From positions 6,762,542-6,826,541 of the forward strand of contig MU062380.1 of the NCBI GenBank assembly GCA_013265495.1: a DNA stretch of 64,000 nt, in the 5' to 3' direction. This document shows, piece after piece, positions 1 through 12,240 of this stretch. A program made the position numbers and the translations under genes. The stretch's first letter is position 1; the number at the start of each line of letters is the position of its first letter. The notes under the pieces were generated by a model. That model was not told where the DNA came from, did no database searches, and was given only the letters and a program-made list of their open reading frames with translations. Source of the DNA: Vicugna vicugna (taxonomy: Eukaryota).

Positions 1-99
1 AGCCAAGAAAATCCTCTGTGACTTTTCCTAGAGAGTGGGTCTTTTTAACTTAATATAATCTATCACCTTGCCTCCCTGTTCATTTTGTGTTTTCATCTC

Positions 100-600
100 C
101 GTCCTGGCCGTTGGGTAGTATGATCGTGTATGAACAGCTAGGACTTCTAGCTGAGTGCATCCGTGGGAATAGCTGCAGGAGGGCAGATGCAGTGGTAATA
201 ACGGTCTCCGTAATAAAACTTTATAGGCAGCCACTCACGGCCTGAAGGGACAGAGCTGCTGTAGGGGAGGGGGGACCACTTCGAGAAGGAAGGCCCTGTG
301 GTAAATTGTGAAAGTCGTCATATAGCATTTGCTGCTCACGCTTTGGAAATACAAGTTAGACCAGAGAAGGGAGGACTTGAGAAAACGCCATCTCTGCTGG
401 CAGAGTTACCAAACTTGGAAAGTGTGGAGTGAAGAGAGGAGAGCTGATGTGGATAGCGAGTCGACACAGAATTCTCCAGATAGACAAAATGACAACCCTT
501 TGTGCACTTGTCTGATCACGTGTCATTTTATTGTGGCCTGAATTTTGCTACGAAAAGTTTTGGTATAAAAAGCAGTTAAGAAAGGTGTTTCAAAACAGAA
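100..600 (+). promoter_or_regulatory. Candidate TATA-containing promoter/enhancer (CDX/HOX-type sites, E-box, TATA)
   Basis: 15 CpGs counted in 100-552, far above the local background. GTAATAAAACTTTATAGG at 210-227, CACGTG at 517-522, TTTTATTG at 526-533, TATAAAAAG at 564-572, and TTCA Inr-like motif ending at A592. No repeat recognised here. Confidence 0.45.
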
Positions 601-1766
601 GCTAGAAATAGAAGAAAGCAAAGGAAATTTGTGCCAAGATCAGAAAAAACTGACTAATTCAGTAATCCTACAGATTTTACAAACCAGCAGACACTTTTAG
701 AGGTGAACTCCAGCAGGTGATGAAGAAAGGTTCAAAGAGCTTCCTCTAACACTCTGCAGTGTCCTTCAGCTTTGCCAGAGTCCACTGGACTAACATGACA
801 CTGGAGGTCTTTGTGTGAAACTCCCTTTTATGATCTCTTCTTGGCCCTTCCATATTTAACTAAGCCCCTGTTGGTGGGGGCTAAGAATGAAGGGTCTAAT
901 AAAAAAAAAATTCTGTGCTTGTTTGGTATAACAGTCTATGAAGAGTGCTAAGAACCCTATCAGACTTAGGAATTCGGTGCTATTTGGAGATTTAGCAACA
1001 GATGCAGCAGAAATTGTCTTAATGTGATGAGAATCATATCCTAATAATGAAAACTTAGGAAGGATTGGCAAGTGAGATTCACCAAGAGACTGTCCTTGAA
1101 GGAGACCATTTAAAGAATCACGGAATCCTCTTTACCTTGGCACCAGCCTCAGTGAGAGACGCCCTGGCAGAGAAAGCAGAGAGAGGTAGGAATCTGAGCA
1201 GATACCAGTGTGAGAGCTGGCTTTAAATGCACCAATAATTCTCGTTTTCATTCAGTATAGGTCTGTAAATAAGTGTCTTTCTCCTTCCATTCAGCTCCTC
1301 CAGAGCATTTACAACTCCTTAATTAGACATATGTCTGCTATTTACTACCATTTAGAAGGGCAAGTGGTTAATGTCCCACTGTTGAAAATTCCTAGTAATT
1401 AATAATTAACTAAATAAGCCCAGCTCCTTCTCTGCCTACCTCATCTTTGGTTGTCTCCCTGTATTTATACATTAATATGTAGCAATTAAACGATGGCAGG
1501 AAAAGTGCCTCAGAGCTGGCCACTGGCATCAGCATAACAATGGATTTATTGCTCACCCTTCCAGTCTTAATTAGTGCTATTTCTAAAGGATAGAATGGAG
1601 GGGGCTGGCTCTACTTGTTGCCTTTACTTCTCCAGGTTACCAGGACAGCTTCCTACAGGTATAAATTGGAGCAGATGACTTTACCTTTCATTTTTAAAAG
1701 GGATGTGTGATGAGTGAAAACTACAGACCCCATCCATCAGGCAAAGCAACTTCCAAGCACTGATCC

Positions 1767-1830
1767 AAAAAAAACAAAAACACCAACAAAAAAAAAAAAA
1801 AAAAAAAAGAAAAGAAAAGGAAAATAGAAA
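1767..1830 (+). repeat. A-rich low-complexity tract
   Basis: A8-C-A5-CACCAAC-A21 followed by GAAAA units; no recognisable SINE/LINE body upstream. Confidence 0.9.
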
Positions 1831-2436
1831 GACTACAAAATGAGATATTTCTCACCAGTGAAAAAGAAGATAACTGAGGTCACTATAAAGTTCCTTTGCA
1901 CCAAATTTGGCCTGAGAGTTATGTGTTGTCCACACCTGTCTTACATTGTGCTTGAGCAACCCAGAGGGGAAATGCTTAATAAACAACTGGTGGTTAAGCT
2001 TTTACTGAGTCCCATAACAATGTCAATGATAACCTAAAGCATCTCTCATCTAAGAAACTTGGAGAGCTTCACATAATGATAACTTAACGCTCCCAACATT
2101 CCTCCACGGGAACTAGGAGGCAGCGGTGATCTCTGGTGTACAGATGCGGAAACTGGCATAGAAGGGCAAAAATGCGTTTTTTGTTCCCACACAATGACTC
2201 AGCAGCAGTCCTGGGAATAGAACATTTGTTTCCTGACTGTAGTCTGTCTGGGTAGGCACTGGACGACATACTTAATGAGGAATTTTCTGTGAGAAAGACT
2301 CTATTTGCAAGTAAAACAAAGAAGGATTTATGCTTTTATAGTCGTTGTGAATCGCGGTATCAGTAAGCTAACTCATTTGCACACTGCCAGTTGTTACACT
2401 TTTTTGCATTTATGCTTCTGGTGTGATGGAAGGACC

Positions 2437-2600
2437 ACACCACTGGCTTTGGAGTCAGATAGACTTAGCTCCTTAACTAGCTGTGAGACATTGTGCAATC
2501 TCTCTAACCTCTCTGAGCCAATGAAATGGGGGAAATACTATCTATCACACCTGGTGGCTACAAGGATTACATGCCTATTTTTACTATGCCCATAGTCAAG
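2437..2600 (+). mobile_element. MIR SINE fragment
   Basis: ggctttggagtcagatagac...tagctgtgagac...ctctctaacctctctgagcc...aaatggggg matches the MIR core. Confidence 0.8.
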
Positions 2601-4666
2601 ATTGGATGTTTGTGAATGCGTTGAACATAAATGTAAAGTTTGTACCAGTCGTTCAGGTGTGATTAAATTCCTGGGCAGGAAAACTCAATTTAATACCCAC
2701 TGCTTCTTATCAATATAAAATGCCAAATATGGAAGGATGCTAAATATCCTTCCTCATTCAGATTTCATCTTATGAAGTTACACACTGTAGGTTTGCCCAT
2801 TTCAAATAAATTCTCTAGTTTAGTGAATTTCTCCAATGGAAGAAACAAACATTCTTTCTGCACTTGTGGAACAAACACATAATCTCATTCATCCATTTAC
2901 TTATTTACACTAACTTTTACCACTTTCTAAGTATAACTTTTAACAGAAATCACATTTCTTAATTATAAACAATATATACTCATTATATGAAATTGAAATG
3001 ACATGAATCTGTGTAAAGCAGGAAAATTTCTTTTAAAATTTCTTCCATGAACATATTTCTTAAAGAGTCCATGTTTTGGCCCTAATTCATTCATAAGAAG
3101 TATTATGACAGGAAATTTGATGGTTACCTCAGTGACTACTCCCCAATAAATTTATATCAGTTTCTTATGTTAACTTCTTAACACCATGGTTCATGTAATA
3201 GTGTGTTTAATACCATATAAAATATAACAAAACTTATTTAGAGTCTAATTGTGTTCCTAGAAGCTTATGCTTGATAGAGTATCACTAGAATGGGCCCCCC
3301 TGCTGACTGATAGTTAGACCTGGAGTTAAGAACAAATACCGTCAGTGGCTATCTGGGAAGCTGGGCTTAAGTAAGTACTAGCCTCTGGATTGCTCCTGTC
3401 ATGCTCAATTTACAGATCCTAGGATGCAAATTCATCATTTTACATGACAGGGCAAATCAAGCATGCAAATCATGCACCACAGTCATGAAGAGTGATATGT
3501 GAACAATAAACAACAGTGTCCTAAGATTGAACTAGCCCAGGCCTGCCTCCATAAGTTACCATTTGCTTTGTGCAAACCCTCAGGCTATACTTACACCTTC
3601 CTCATAACATAAACATTTGCTGCAAAAACCTGAAGATAGGGAATATAACTTTCTTTATCCTTACTGGGAAAAAAGCGAAAGCAAAACTCAACAAAACTAA
3701 GTGGCATGGGGGTTATTCAAAGGCTTGCTACCATTGTGAATCAATATTACCTGAGATTTATAATAATCAGTCTTCAGATTCAGCTAAGAGTCATCAGTTG
3801 CTGTTGATTAAGATTCTTCTGAATTTGACTTTAATTTTCATTACCTTCACATCTTTGAGTGTAATAACAAAGCTTTTTCTGCTTTGTTCAAAATAGCCTC
3901 CCCTCTGTCTCTGCTTCACAAAGGTGTTTGATGGATGCATGGTTGGAAAGCTACATACATAAACGATACACTGGTATGGACAAGCAGATGGAAGACGAAT
4001 AGAGAGAGGGATACATGAATGGTTGATGAACTGATGGGAATGTACTGTATGTTCCCTTCACTGACAGATATGCTTGGCTATTTTTTAAATCAATCTTCTT
4101 AAAGAACTTGAAATTTAAATTAAAAAAATTCAATTGGTGAAGGCAGAAAATTAAATTTTCTTCGTACTCTCACAGCAGATGCTTTGAGAATCAAAGACAG
4201 GTGGCTTAAGGATTACTAAAAAGAGCCATCACTTGTCTTTTTTCTTTCCTTATATCCTTTTTCATAATTTTTCTTAACTTTGCTTCCCCCTCCCTTTTCT
4301 ACCTCTTTCTAGCCTTTGTCTTTCTTTTCTTTACACTTACATATTCTACTGCTCTATTTGCTAATCTTTACTTCCAATCTCTCTGTTTCTCTCCTTATTT
4401 TTTTCCACCTAATGTCTGTCCAAAAAATGGCCATTTATTTTACTTTTTGCTTTTTATTGTGGGGGTGCAGAGTGGAAGAACAAGAGGTAGGCTTCTAGAG
4501 AAGAAATAAGAGTGCTTTCTAAATTTCCCATTTTTCCTCCCTCTTGCAATAGTAAGCATTTTCTAACTAACTCCTCATCAAAGAATGAGAGAAGTGGGAA
4601 GTTAAAATGGAATTACTTGATTTAAATATCAATAATAAATAGGAAAGTCAGGAAGCTAATTTATGC

Positions 4667-4702
4667 CAGCAGAGTAATAGAGGGCAGCAGAGTAATAGAG
4701 GG
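4667..4702 (+). repeat. Perfect 18-bp tandem duplication (CAGCAGAGTAATAGAGGG x2)
   Basis: Read directly: 4667-4684 is identical to 4685-4702. Confidence 0.95.
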
Positions 4703-6619
4703 GGTGCAGTGAGGCTTATTAATCAAGAAGGAAGGAGCCAAAACGGATTCATGATATCAGTATCATTCCTCCTAAAAGACAGCTGTGCCGCCAAGAATTT
4801 AAAGCTAATAACTCTTCGATGCCACTTACTGATTCTAGGCTCTACTTTATATTGTAAACTCTAACCTATGTCCATAATGTGATTTCCAAGGTATAGAGAG
4901 AGTTGGGTGTTTGGATTCATCTCTTTCTATGTTAATTTATTCATCATTGGTATTTGCGCCCTGTACTGCTCCCGAGAGTCCCCCAAACCTCAAATAAATG
5001 ACTGTTCCAAGTAGGAAAGGATTTTGGATACCATGTTGTTTCTTGACCTTTCATTTTTTTGGACAGATATACACTTCCCGATTTTAACCAAAACTCAAAA
5101 AGAATATAAAAAGAGATAGAAATTTAACTGCCATGAGAAAATGGTATCATTTGAATTTGCAGCAAAGTGAATGCAGGGAAAAACCTCATAAATTATCTGG
5201 TGCCTGAGAGCTCAGATACTTTTTTAGGCTCAGACGCTAATAAGATACTCACATTTTGCTTGTTTCTAGTTTCTCCAACTTCATATATTTCTTCCTGTTC
5301 TCCCCACTCTGATTCATGTGGACGTCCTTCCTGACAGATCAGAAGGGTGGATTCTACTCCTTCTTAGTTATTAAGGAACTGCAGGACCTTGTGCAGGTCT
5401 CACATCTGCAGATTCAGTATTTTTACCTGTGGGTAAAAGAAAGATTAATCTGTACCACCTTTAGTGAGCCTTACAGACCTAAATATTTGAGACTCATCAA
5501 AAAAGCTCTCCTCTTACTTTATACTTAGCATTCTTGTTGATCAGAAAAAGTGCTCATTTAAATAGAGTTTTGCGTGTTCTTTGCTTTGTTCATTTAAAGT
5601 CAAGATGTAATGTCACCTCTAACAATTTATCATATTGGAAATATTTCATATTGCTGATGGTGTTTGTTACTATCAGTGTATCAGTCAGAACATCTCAACG
5701 AGTGGCATTTTTTAAAACCTAGACAGAGGAGTCCCCACCACTGTCTGTCTCCCAGACAGTCCCCACCTATCTTCTGCTCATATCAGGAAGATAAGTAAAT
5801 GGCTCATCTTCCCCATACAAATAATTTAGTAGCTTGTCTGTCTGGAAGGTAATAACATAGCATCTGCCATTCCTGCAATTTTGATGGTGTAATACAATAG
5901 GATATTAGGCACCCCCAAACTGCAGCCCAGGCAACCCTGTTGTGAAGAGTGGTAAACTACTCTGGTCTCCTACTCACAGAAATATCGTGGTCAGCACCAC
6001 TCATCTTTGCTTGTTCTTTGAGTCTTTTGAGCTGCCTACCTCTAGGAAGTAAATACGGTATTTAAAAAAAAAATCTACCTTGTAGATAGTTCAATTTGCA
6101 TAAAAACTCTTGGCCTCTGAATTCAGTGTTTGGGGCTATTTCTATTACCATTTCCCATTAATTTATTATCTTAACAAATCCCTCTTTTGTACAGTGTTAA
6201 CATATCTAAAGTCTCAAGTTGCATTATTACATCAATCTTGGATACTAGAGAATGAAACAGTAAGATGGAGAGAAATAGAATTGGCATATATTTAAATATT
6301 ATGTACAAGACAAGAGGAAAATATCTACTAAAAAGTATGATCTATATTTCTCCTGTAAATTCTGAGCATGGCTTTTAATATTTAATCCAACAAAAACAAT
6401 TTTGTCCCTTTCGTTGGAATCATGTGATCTATCTGAGGTCAGCTGATAAGAAGAAAAAAAGTATAGTTTATCCAGCTAAATCAGAGTACTTCTTTTGTGA
6501 TCAGTAGAGATACAGAGTAGTTGTACTCACTATCATCTTCATCATTTCATCATCATCATCACCATCATTGTAATAATGATATTTTCCTTTGACTGTACAC
6601 CTTATTTGCATTCATCCAC

Positions 6620-6720
6620 CCATTATCCACCCATCAATTAATTTCACATATGTTTTCTGTGCATACACGAGGCACAATATAAGGAACCTGGAACTGATCT
6701 CAAGGAGTTTACATTGACTT
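6620..6720 (-). mobile_element. L2 3'-end fragment
   Basis: Degenerate antisense L2 tail (atccacccatc...gtgcatacacgaggcac...tgatctcaaggagtttaca). Confidence 0.5.
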
Positions 6721-8231
6721 CTCTGCTCAACACAGTTGGGTCTAGTAATCATTGATTTATTTTTACTTTAATAGAAATTCAACAGGACAGGCAGAAGTTA
6801 ATATTGTCTGAGACATAAAAAAAAAGAAGGAATTCCAACTTTCACCATTAGATCATAAGAATTAGACACTTAACTTTGATTTTGTAGGCATTGATCTAAA
6901 ATGTGCAATCAGTATAATCATGGATAGAATATCCATAACCTTTCTTGCTATTAAAAATCCACAATAACATTTCAAGTGGTGAAACTTTGCCATCTATTTT
7001 TTTATTTCTTCTACTGTGAATTAAAACTTTGGGAGAAAAACATTTTTCTATTAAATCTCCTTGTAACATGTAAATGATTCTAAGCCAAACTTAAGTTTTG
7101 AAATTTTTCATGTGTTTAATCAGTCATGCATGAGAGACATTCACTGCATCAATCTTGAGAAAATATGTAAAATAATAAACCCATGTGTATTCAGCACAAA
7201 TTTTTTGAGAGCACATAGAATAATTTCAATCAGTTTTAACTAAGTTTTATTAATGTAGACTTGGTTAATGCATGCTTTCCAAGCTGTAGATTGATTATAT
7301 TTGGGCCAAGGGATTTTTTTTTAATAGCTTTTGAAAATGAACAATATTTCCCAGATTAATTTAACATCAGTGGTTGACATATAAGGTTCAATAAACATGA
7401 ATTATAAAAACAAATTCTAGGGTGCATATCTAGGTGTCTAAATGCACTTGTAGTGATTTTTATGGAAGTTAAAATCCATTGTTCATTGTAACTCTTCAGC
7501 ATCCTCTTTACCAATCCCTCACCCCCTGTTGAACTGCCCACTGGCTCTGAGTGGCTGCCCTGACTCTGATATAGATTTAAATTTCCCTTTATTTGGTTTC
7601 ATTTTCACTCTCCATGTTAACTCACCTGGCTGCTCCTGTTGTCACCATTCGTGAAATTGTAGTTCTCCAGCCCTCATTTCTGCCTTTTCTAACATATGTT
7701 ATTGAAATGGAAATGGTATCTATCCTCATGGAGATTTCATTCTGTCACATGTCTTATTCTCTAAAACTTTCCTAAGTTGCTATCCTGTAGGTGAAATGTG
7801 TTTCATCTCCCAAATGAGCACCGTTATCTCTAAGAGACTGGTTGTCCTTGTTATAATTTCATAATCATTCACATATGCACATAGTTAATACTTGTAGACG
7901 TATATATTTGGAAGCACTCAAACTTTATAATGAAAATTTACCCATTGGTGTACATGCATAGAAATTATTGGTTTTTTGTCCATTTTTGTCGTTACAAAGG
8001 AGACTCAGAGGCAGGCCATGAAGTGCTGAATTTCATTCATTGGTTATTAATTCTAGAAGTATTTATTAAATTTTCATTGGGTTAGGGCTATAGGAATTGT
8101 GTAAAGAAGTTTTCTTTAAGGAGACAGATTTCTCTTAGAATGATGACTATATGCACAATATGAAATAATAAAATCATAATTTGGAGTAATATAGGGAAAA
8201 TGTTATATAAAAAGAAAAAGAAAAAAATACA

Positions 8232-8360
8232 AAGACCTGAGTTATATGCCTACTTGTAAATATTTGGGACCCTTGGATAATTACTTAACCTCTGTGGGCC
8301 CTAGTCTCCTTATCTTTAAAATAAAAGATAAGCTAGATGGCCTACAATACCCCTTTTCTT
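8232..8360 (+). mobile_element. MIR-family SINE fragment
   Basis: agacctgagtt...ccttggataattacttaacctctgtgggccctagtctccttatctttaaaat. Confidence 0.75.
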
Positions 8361-8364
8361 TAGA

Positions 8365-8735
8365 GTTTGGCAGGTAACAAAACCCAACTCCTACTAGCTT
8401 AAGAAGAAATAGTTGTCTCTAGAGATATGAATGAAAATGGCTTCAGGATGCACTGGGATCTAACTTTCTTACTTGCTTGCACTGTCTCTTATTTTCTCTC
8501 TCCTGCCTTCTATCTTTACCTTTTCTCATTTTGGGGCTTTTTTCTTCTGGGCTACTCATTGGGTTTTTGTACATATCGGAGGACCACAGGGTTGCTGCAG
8601 TGCTGGGCTTACACCCATAATTATAGAGTTATGGCCACGAAGGAGAGAAAACTTTCTATTCCAACACTAACTAGAAAATCTCTGGGAAGAAGGTTGCCAT
8701 TAGTCTCTGTTGTCCAGGAAACTGCAAGCCTCTCA
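8365..8735 (-). mobile_element. MaLR solo LTR (MLT1J/K-like)
   Basis: gcaggtaacaaaacccaactc...tagcttaag...ggcttcaggatgcactgggatc resembles the antisense MLT1J/K consensus. Confidence 0.65.
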
Positions 8736-9914
8736 TTTCAGCATAACTATTAATAACACTCTCTTGTACTCTCATAAATCCAGTTTTGACAATAAATTAT
8801 TTAATCACCCTTCTTTAGAGGAGACTGATGAACTTGATTTAGGTTTCATGTCCTTTCTGGAGTAATCACTGTGATCAGAGGAATGAGGTACAGTGATTAG
8901 CCATATCTGGCTCGTATGCTAACATTTGGGGCCATATACTTGGAGTAATGTGATTGGCAGATTCCACATGAAACATGAGTGGATGAGAAAGAAGCATTCC
9001 TTGAAGGCAAGAAGCAGATGAAAAACATAAAGATGTGCTTAATGCCCAAGAGAAACACACGTATGTCCACTATGTCAGGACAGAGTGCAAGGCATATACA
9101 AGGAATACTCAGTAGATGCACAATAAGCATTAGCTGGGGTTTTATAGTATCTAGTATTTCATATTATAGATTTATCTTTTAAAACTAATCGTATCATGGT
9201 GCATACTATAAATAAATCAACCCAGTCAATAAAATATATCGTGTATGTACACACCCATATATCTTCAATTTGATTTAATGTCCATAAATAGTAATCTAAT
9301 TATTTAAAAACTAATTTAGGATCTTGGTTATGTTTATGTTTCCCTAAGCAACTAAAATGACTTTTTCCTTTAAACAAAGATCCTAGGGATGCTTTATTTG
9401 TATTTTTAAAAAATGTTTCTTCTAGTCATTGAAGTATTAAGATAAGCTGTTTTTAAATTAGAGTGGTATAAGTAATGTGCACACATTTTGCTTTTCCTAG
9501 CCAGGCCTGTCCTCAGTCAGCAGTTCCACAGAATGACAGTTCTCAGAAAAAGTCAAGATCTTTCTTAAATGAAAAATGATTATTCATCCTGATAGAAATG
9601 CAAACAGTACCTTAATGAATGGACGTGTTAATGTCTATTTGCTATTTAGACATTTAGCCTAATTTTGTTTTTTAGCCCTAACATGTGCCATCACAAATAA
9701 AATATATAATTATCACTTTGAAATAGCATCATATCAGCTGTTTTTACAGTATATTTAGGCTATGAGTCACCAAATGTTTTCCACAATGACAGAGTGAAGT
9801 GTATTATTGAAAAATGACAGTGGTTGAATTTCTATTTTGATTTTCTATATTGGGCAATGGAAGCATGAAATAAGATTCTTCATGGGGTAGAAAGTGTTTT
9901 AATTCCTTTCGTAA

Positions 9915-10230
9915 AAAAATTAACTACCTACTACATGTCATATATAGTGCTAGGTAATGAGGATACAAAAATAAGACTGATCCTTTGATCTCAAGATCAC
10001 AGTCTACTGAGTGAACAGACTTGCATAACTTAATAAATGTGTTTAAATCTCTATATGTATGTGTATATGATATTACATGGCAGAAAAACCTAATTCTGCA
10101 CAAAAGAAGAGTCAGGACCTGGTTAGGTATAATTGCAAGAGAGGATTAGACATGAGACTTGAAAGATTAAAAGGGATGATCAAGTCAGCGAGGGAGGGTT
10201 AGGGTGATATAAAGATGTAGAATACAGTGC
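9915..10230 (-). mobile_element. L2 3' fragment
   Basis: ctacctactacatgtc...gtgctaggtaatgaggatacaaaa...ctcaagatcacagtctactgag is an antisense L2 tail. Confidence 0.7.
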
Positions 10231-11429
10231 AACAAGCTTTCACCTAACCTTTTTTTCCTGGATTTTAGATGGAAGCTCTGAAATATTTAGCATGTGGTAA
10301 AAATAAACTGCAGAGGAATATTAAGTGACCAATAATTTATTATAAATCCTTACCTTGCTCATGTCCCAGATGTCCTGCAGGCTGGGGTTGTCTCAGGAAA
10401 ATACAAGGCTAGAGCAGAACTAAAGCTCTACCATCAGTGAGCCTTCTCTTGGGGGATCTATACTTACATAATTCCTTTCTAAAGGAGAAGGTGAGGAGAT
10501 GGGACACTATTTGCTTATAGATCCATCCTGTGGCACTTAGTGCATATGCACAGGTGGCTATAGCAATAGGATCAAGCCTTGCAGAGATCTAAAGAAAAAC
10601 AAATTATTGAAGGAGTCAAAAAGGACATTAAAAAAATGCACTCAGAAAAAAAGTGGTGTTTAAAAGAAACAAGGTCAGAAGTGGCTAAGAGTGGTGCAGA
10701 TGTTGGCAAGCCAAGCATGGAAGAGAACCCAACTTTTGGGATGCTTAATGACAATGCCAAATGTTGACACATCTCCAATGGTGAACTAAGGCTGTTGGAG
10801 GAAAGAGAAATCTTCTCATCAGAAGATTATATGCCAGCAATGCAAAGTGAGAACAGAATAAATTAGCCTTCTAGTTTCTTCTGGAATATATGGGGAAAGC
10901 AAAGAAATTGAAGAGCTCTTTTGAAATTTGTGGAAAGTATTAGTCTAGCCTTAATCTTCAGTCCACAAATTTTCCTGAGTAGTTCAGAAGGAATAAAACA
11001 TAAAAAAATAATTTGAGCTAGAATTCAGCTTTAATACTTAAATTTTGCATTTTTTATTTGCTCCTCTATTTCCTTTCTTGATTTCTGGCCATCAAGAAAC
11101 ACATACACTCAGCACTCTAAATACACAGTCTCTTGCCATATCTTTCCAATTCTTTCTACATAAATGAGCCCAAGACAGAGTTTGGATATGAAGTGCAATG
11201 AGGTGTCAGAGATGGTAATTCACATAGATGTTGGGCTGCTGGTCAGTAGATTTTGTTCAATGAGGTATAAACTTGTGGATCAAAAGGAATTCTTTCTCTC
11301 CATGACTCCACAGAGCATGTGACTTCAATTCACAGAGTCAGAAGGAAAAACCCAGGCACCTATTTCTCATAAGTAGCTATTTTATTTTTCCCCTCCATAT
11401 TGACAAAGCCTCTGTTTTTATCACCAGAC

Positions 11430-12240
11430 CTCGACGGAAGTTTTGCTGGATTGTCCATTTCTGATGCTTCTCCTCTCTTAACCACTTTGCCCCATTGCCT
11501 TTCCTCTCTTTTACAATGTTTCCTGCAGTGTTTCACCAGTTTCACTTTTTTAATATCTCTAAAATCTGTCCCTTGTTTTCCTCCCCTGTCATCACTACCC
11601 ATAATGTAGGCCTATATTATTTCTTGCTTGTGTTGTTGAAAGAGCCTCCAACTGGCTTCAGTGCTCATTATTGTCTCCCTAATCTATTCTACATACTGCA
11701 GGCAGAGCTTTCTAAATGCAGATTCTACTTTAATTATATCATTGCTTTTCTTATAATACTTCAATTGCTCCTTATTATTCTTGGAATAAAATTAGAATTT
11801 CTTCCAAAGGCAAACCAATTCTTTGTAATCTTGCCCCTACTTATCTACTTCCCCGGCTTCATTTTAAATATCTTCTGCCTACCTTCTTCTTTCTCTTCTG
11901 CTTCCCTCTTGCTTTCCAATCCATTTGAAATTCAACTACACTGACCTCTGCCGTGTCCTTCAAGGTGCCATTTTCTGTCTCACAGTTCTTTTTCCACCCC
12001 TTACTCTGTCCAACTCCAGCTCTTCCTTCAGCCTCTATCCCAGCTTTTACTCCCTCAGGGAAGCCTGCCCTGACCCACCAGTAGTCTTGGTTAGGTAACC
12101 TTATCAACACTGTCTGTTGGGTTCATTTATTTCATTACGCTTCTCCCTCTAAAGGTTGCCAATTTGTTGAGAACAGTGATGTTTCATTCACCTCTAGCAT
12201 CTAGCACCAAGGCTGGTATATAAGTGCTTAAGATGTGAAT
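11430..12240 (+). mobile_element. L2 3' region
   Basis: Typical L2 motifs: agcctccaactggcttc, aatctattctacatactgcagg, cagggaagcctgccctgacc, ctagcaccaaggctgg. Confidence 0.8.

Noticed and set aside
200-600. Identification as the sucrase-isomaltase promoter or another known CDX target
   Set aside because: The SIF1-like site is ~350 bp from the TATA rather than adjacent, and no matching coding exons follow; no gene symbol can be supported.
1130-1190. Resemblance to the MITF exon 1M 5' UTR (cgtctctcactg...tggtgcca, from memory)
   Set aside because: The following ATGCTGGAAATG coding start is absent; short coincidental similarity.
11495-11944. 149-aa hydrophobic ORF
   Set aside because: Chance ORF in pyrimidine-rich L2 sequence; the F/L/I bias reflects base composition.
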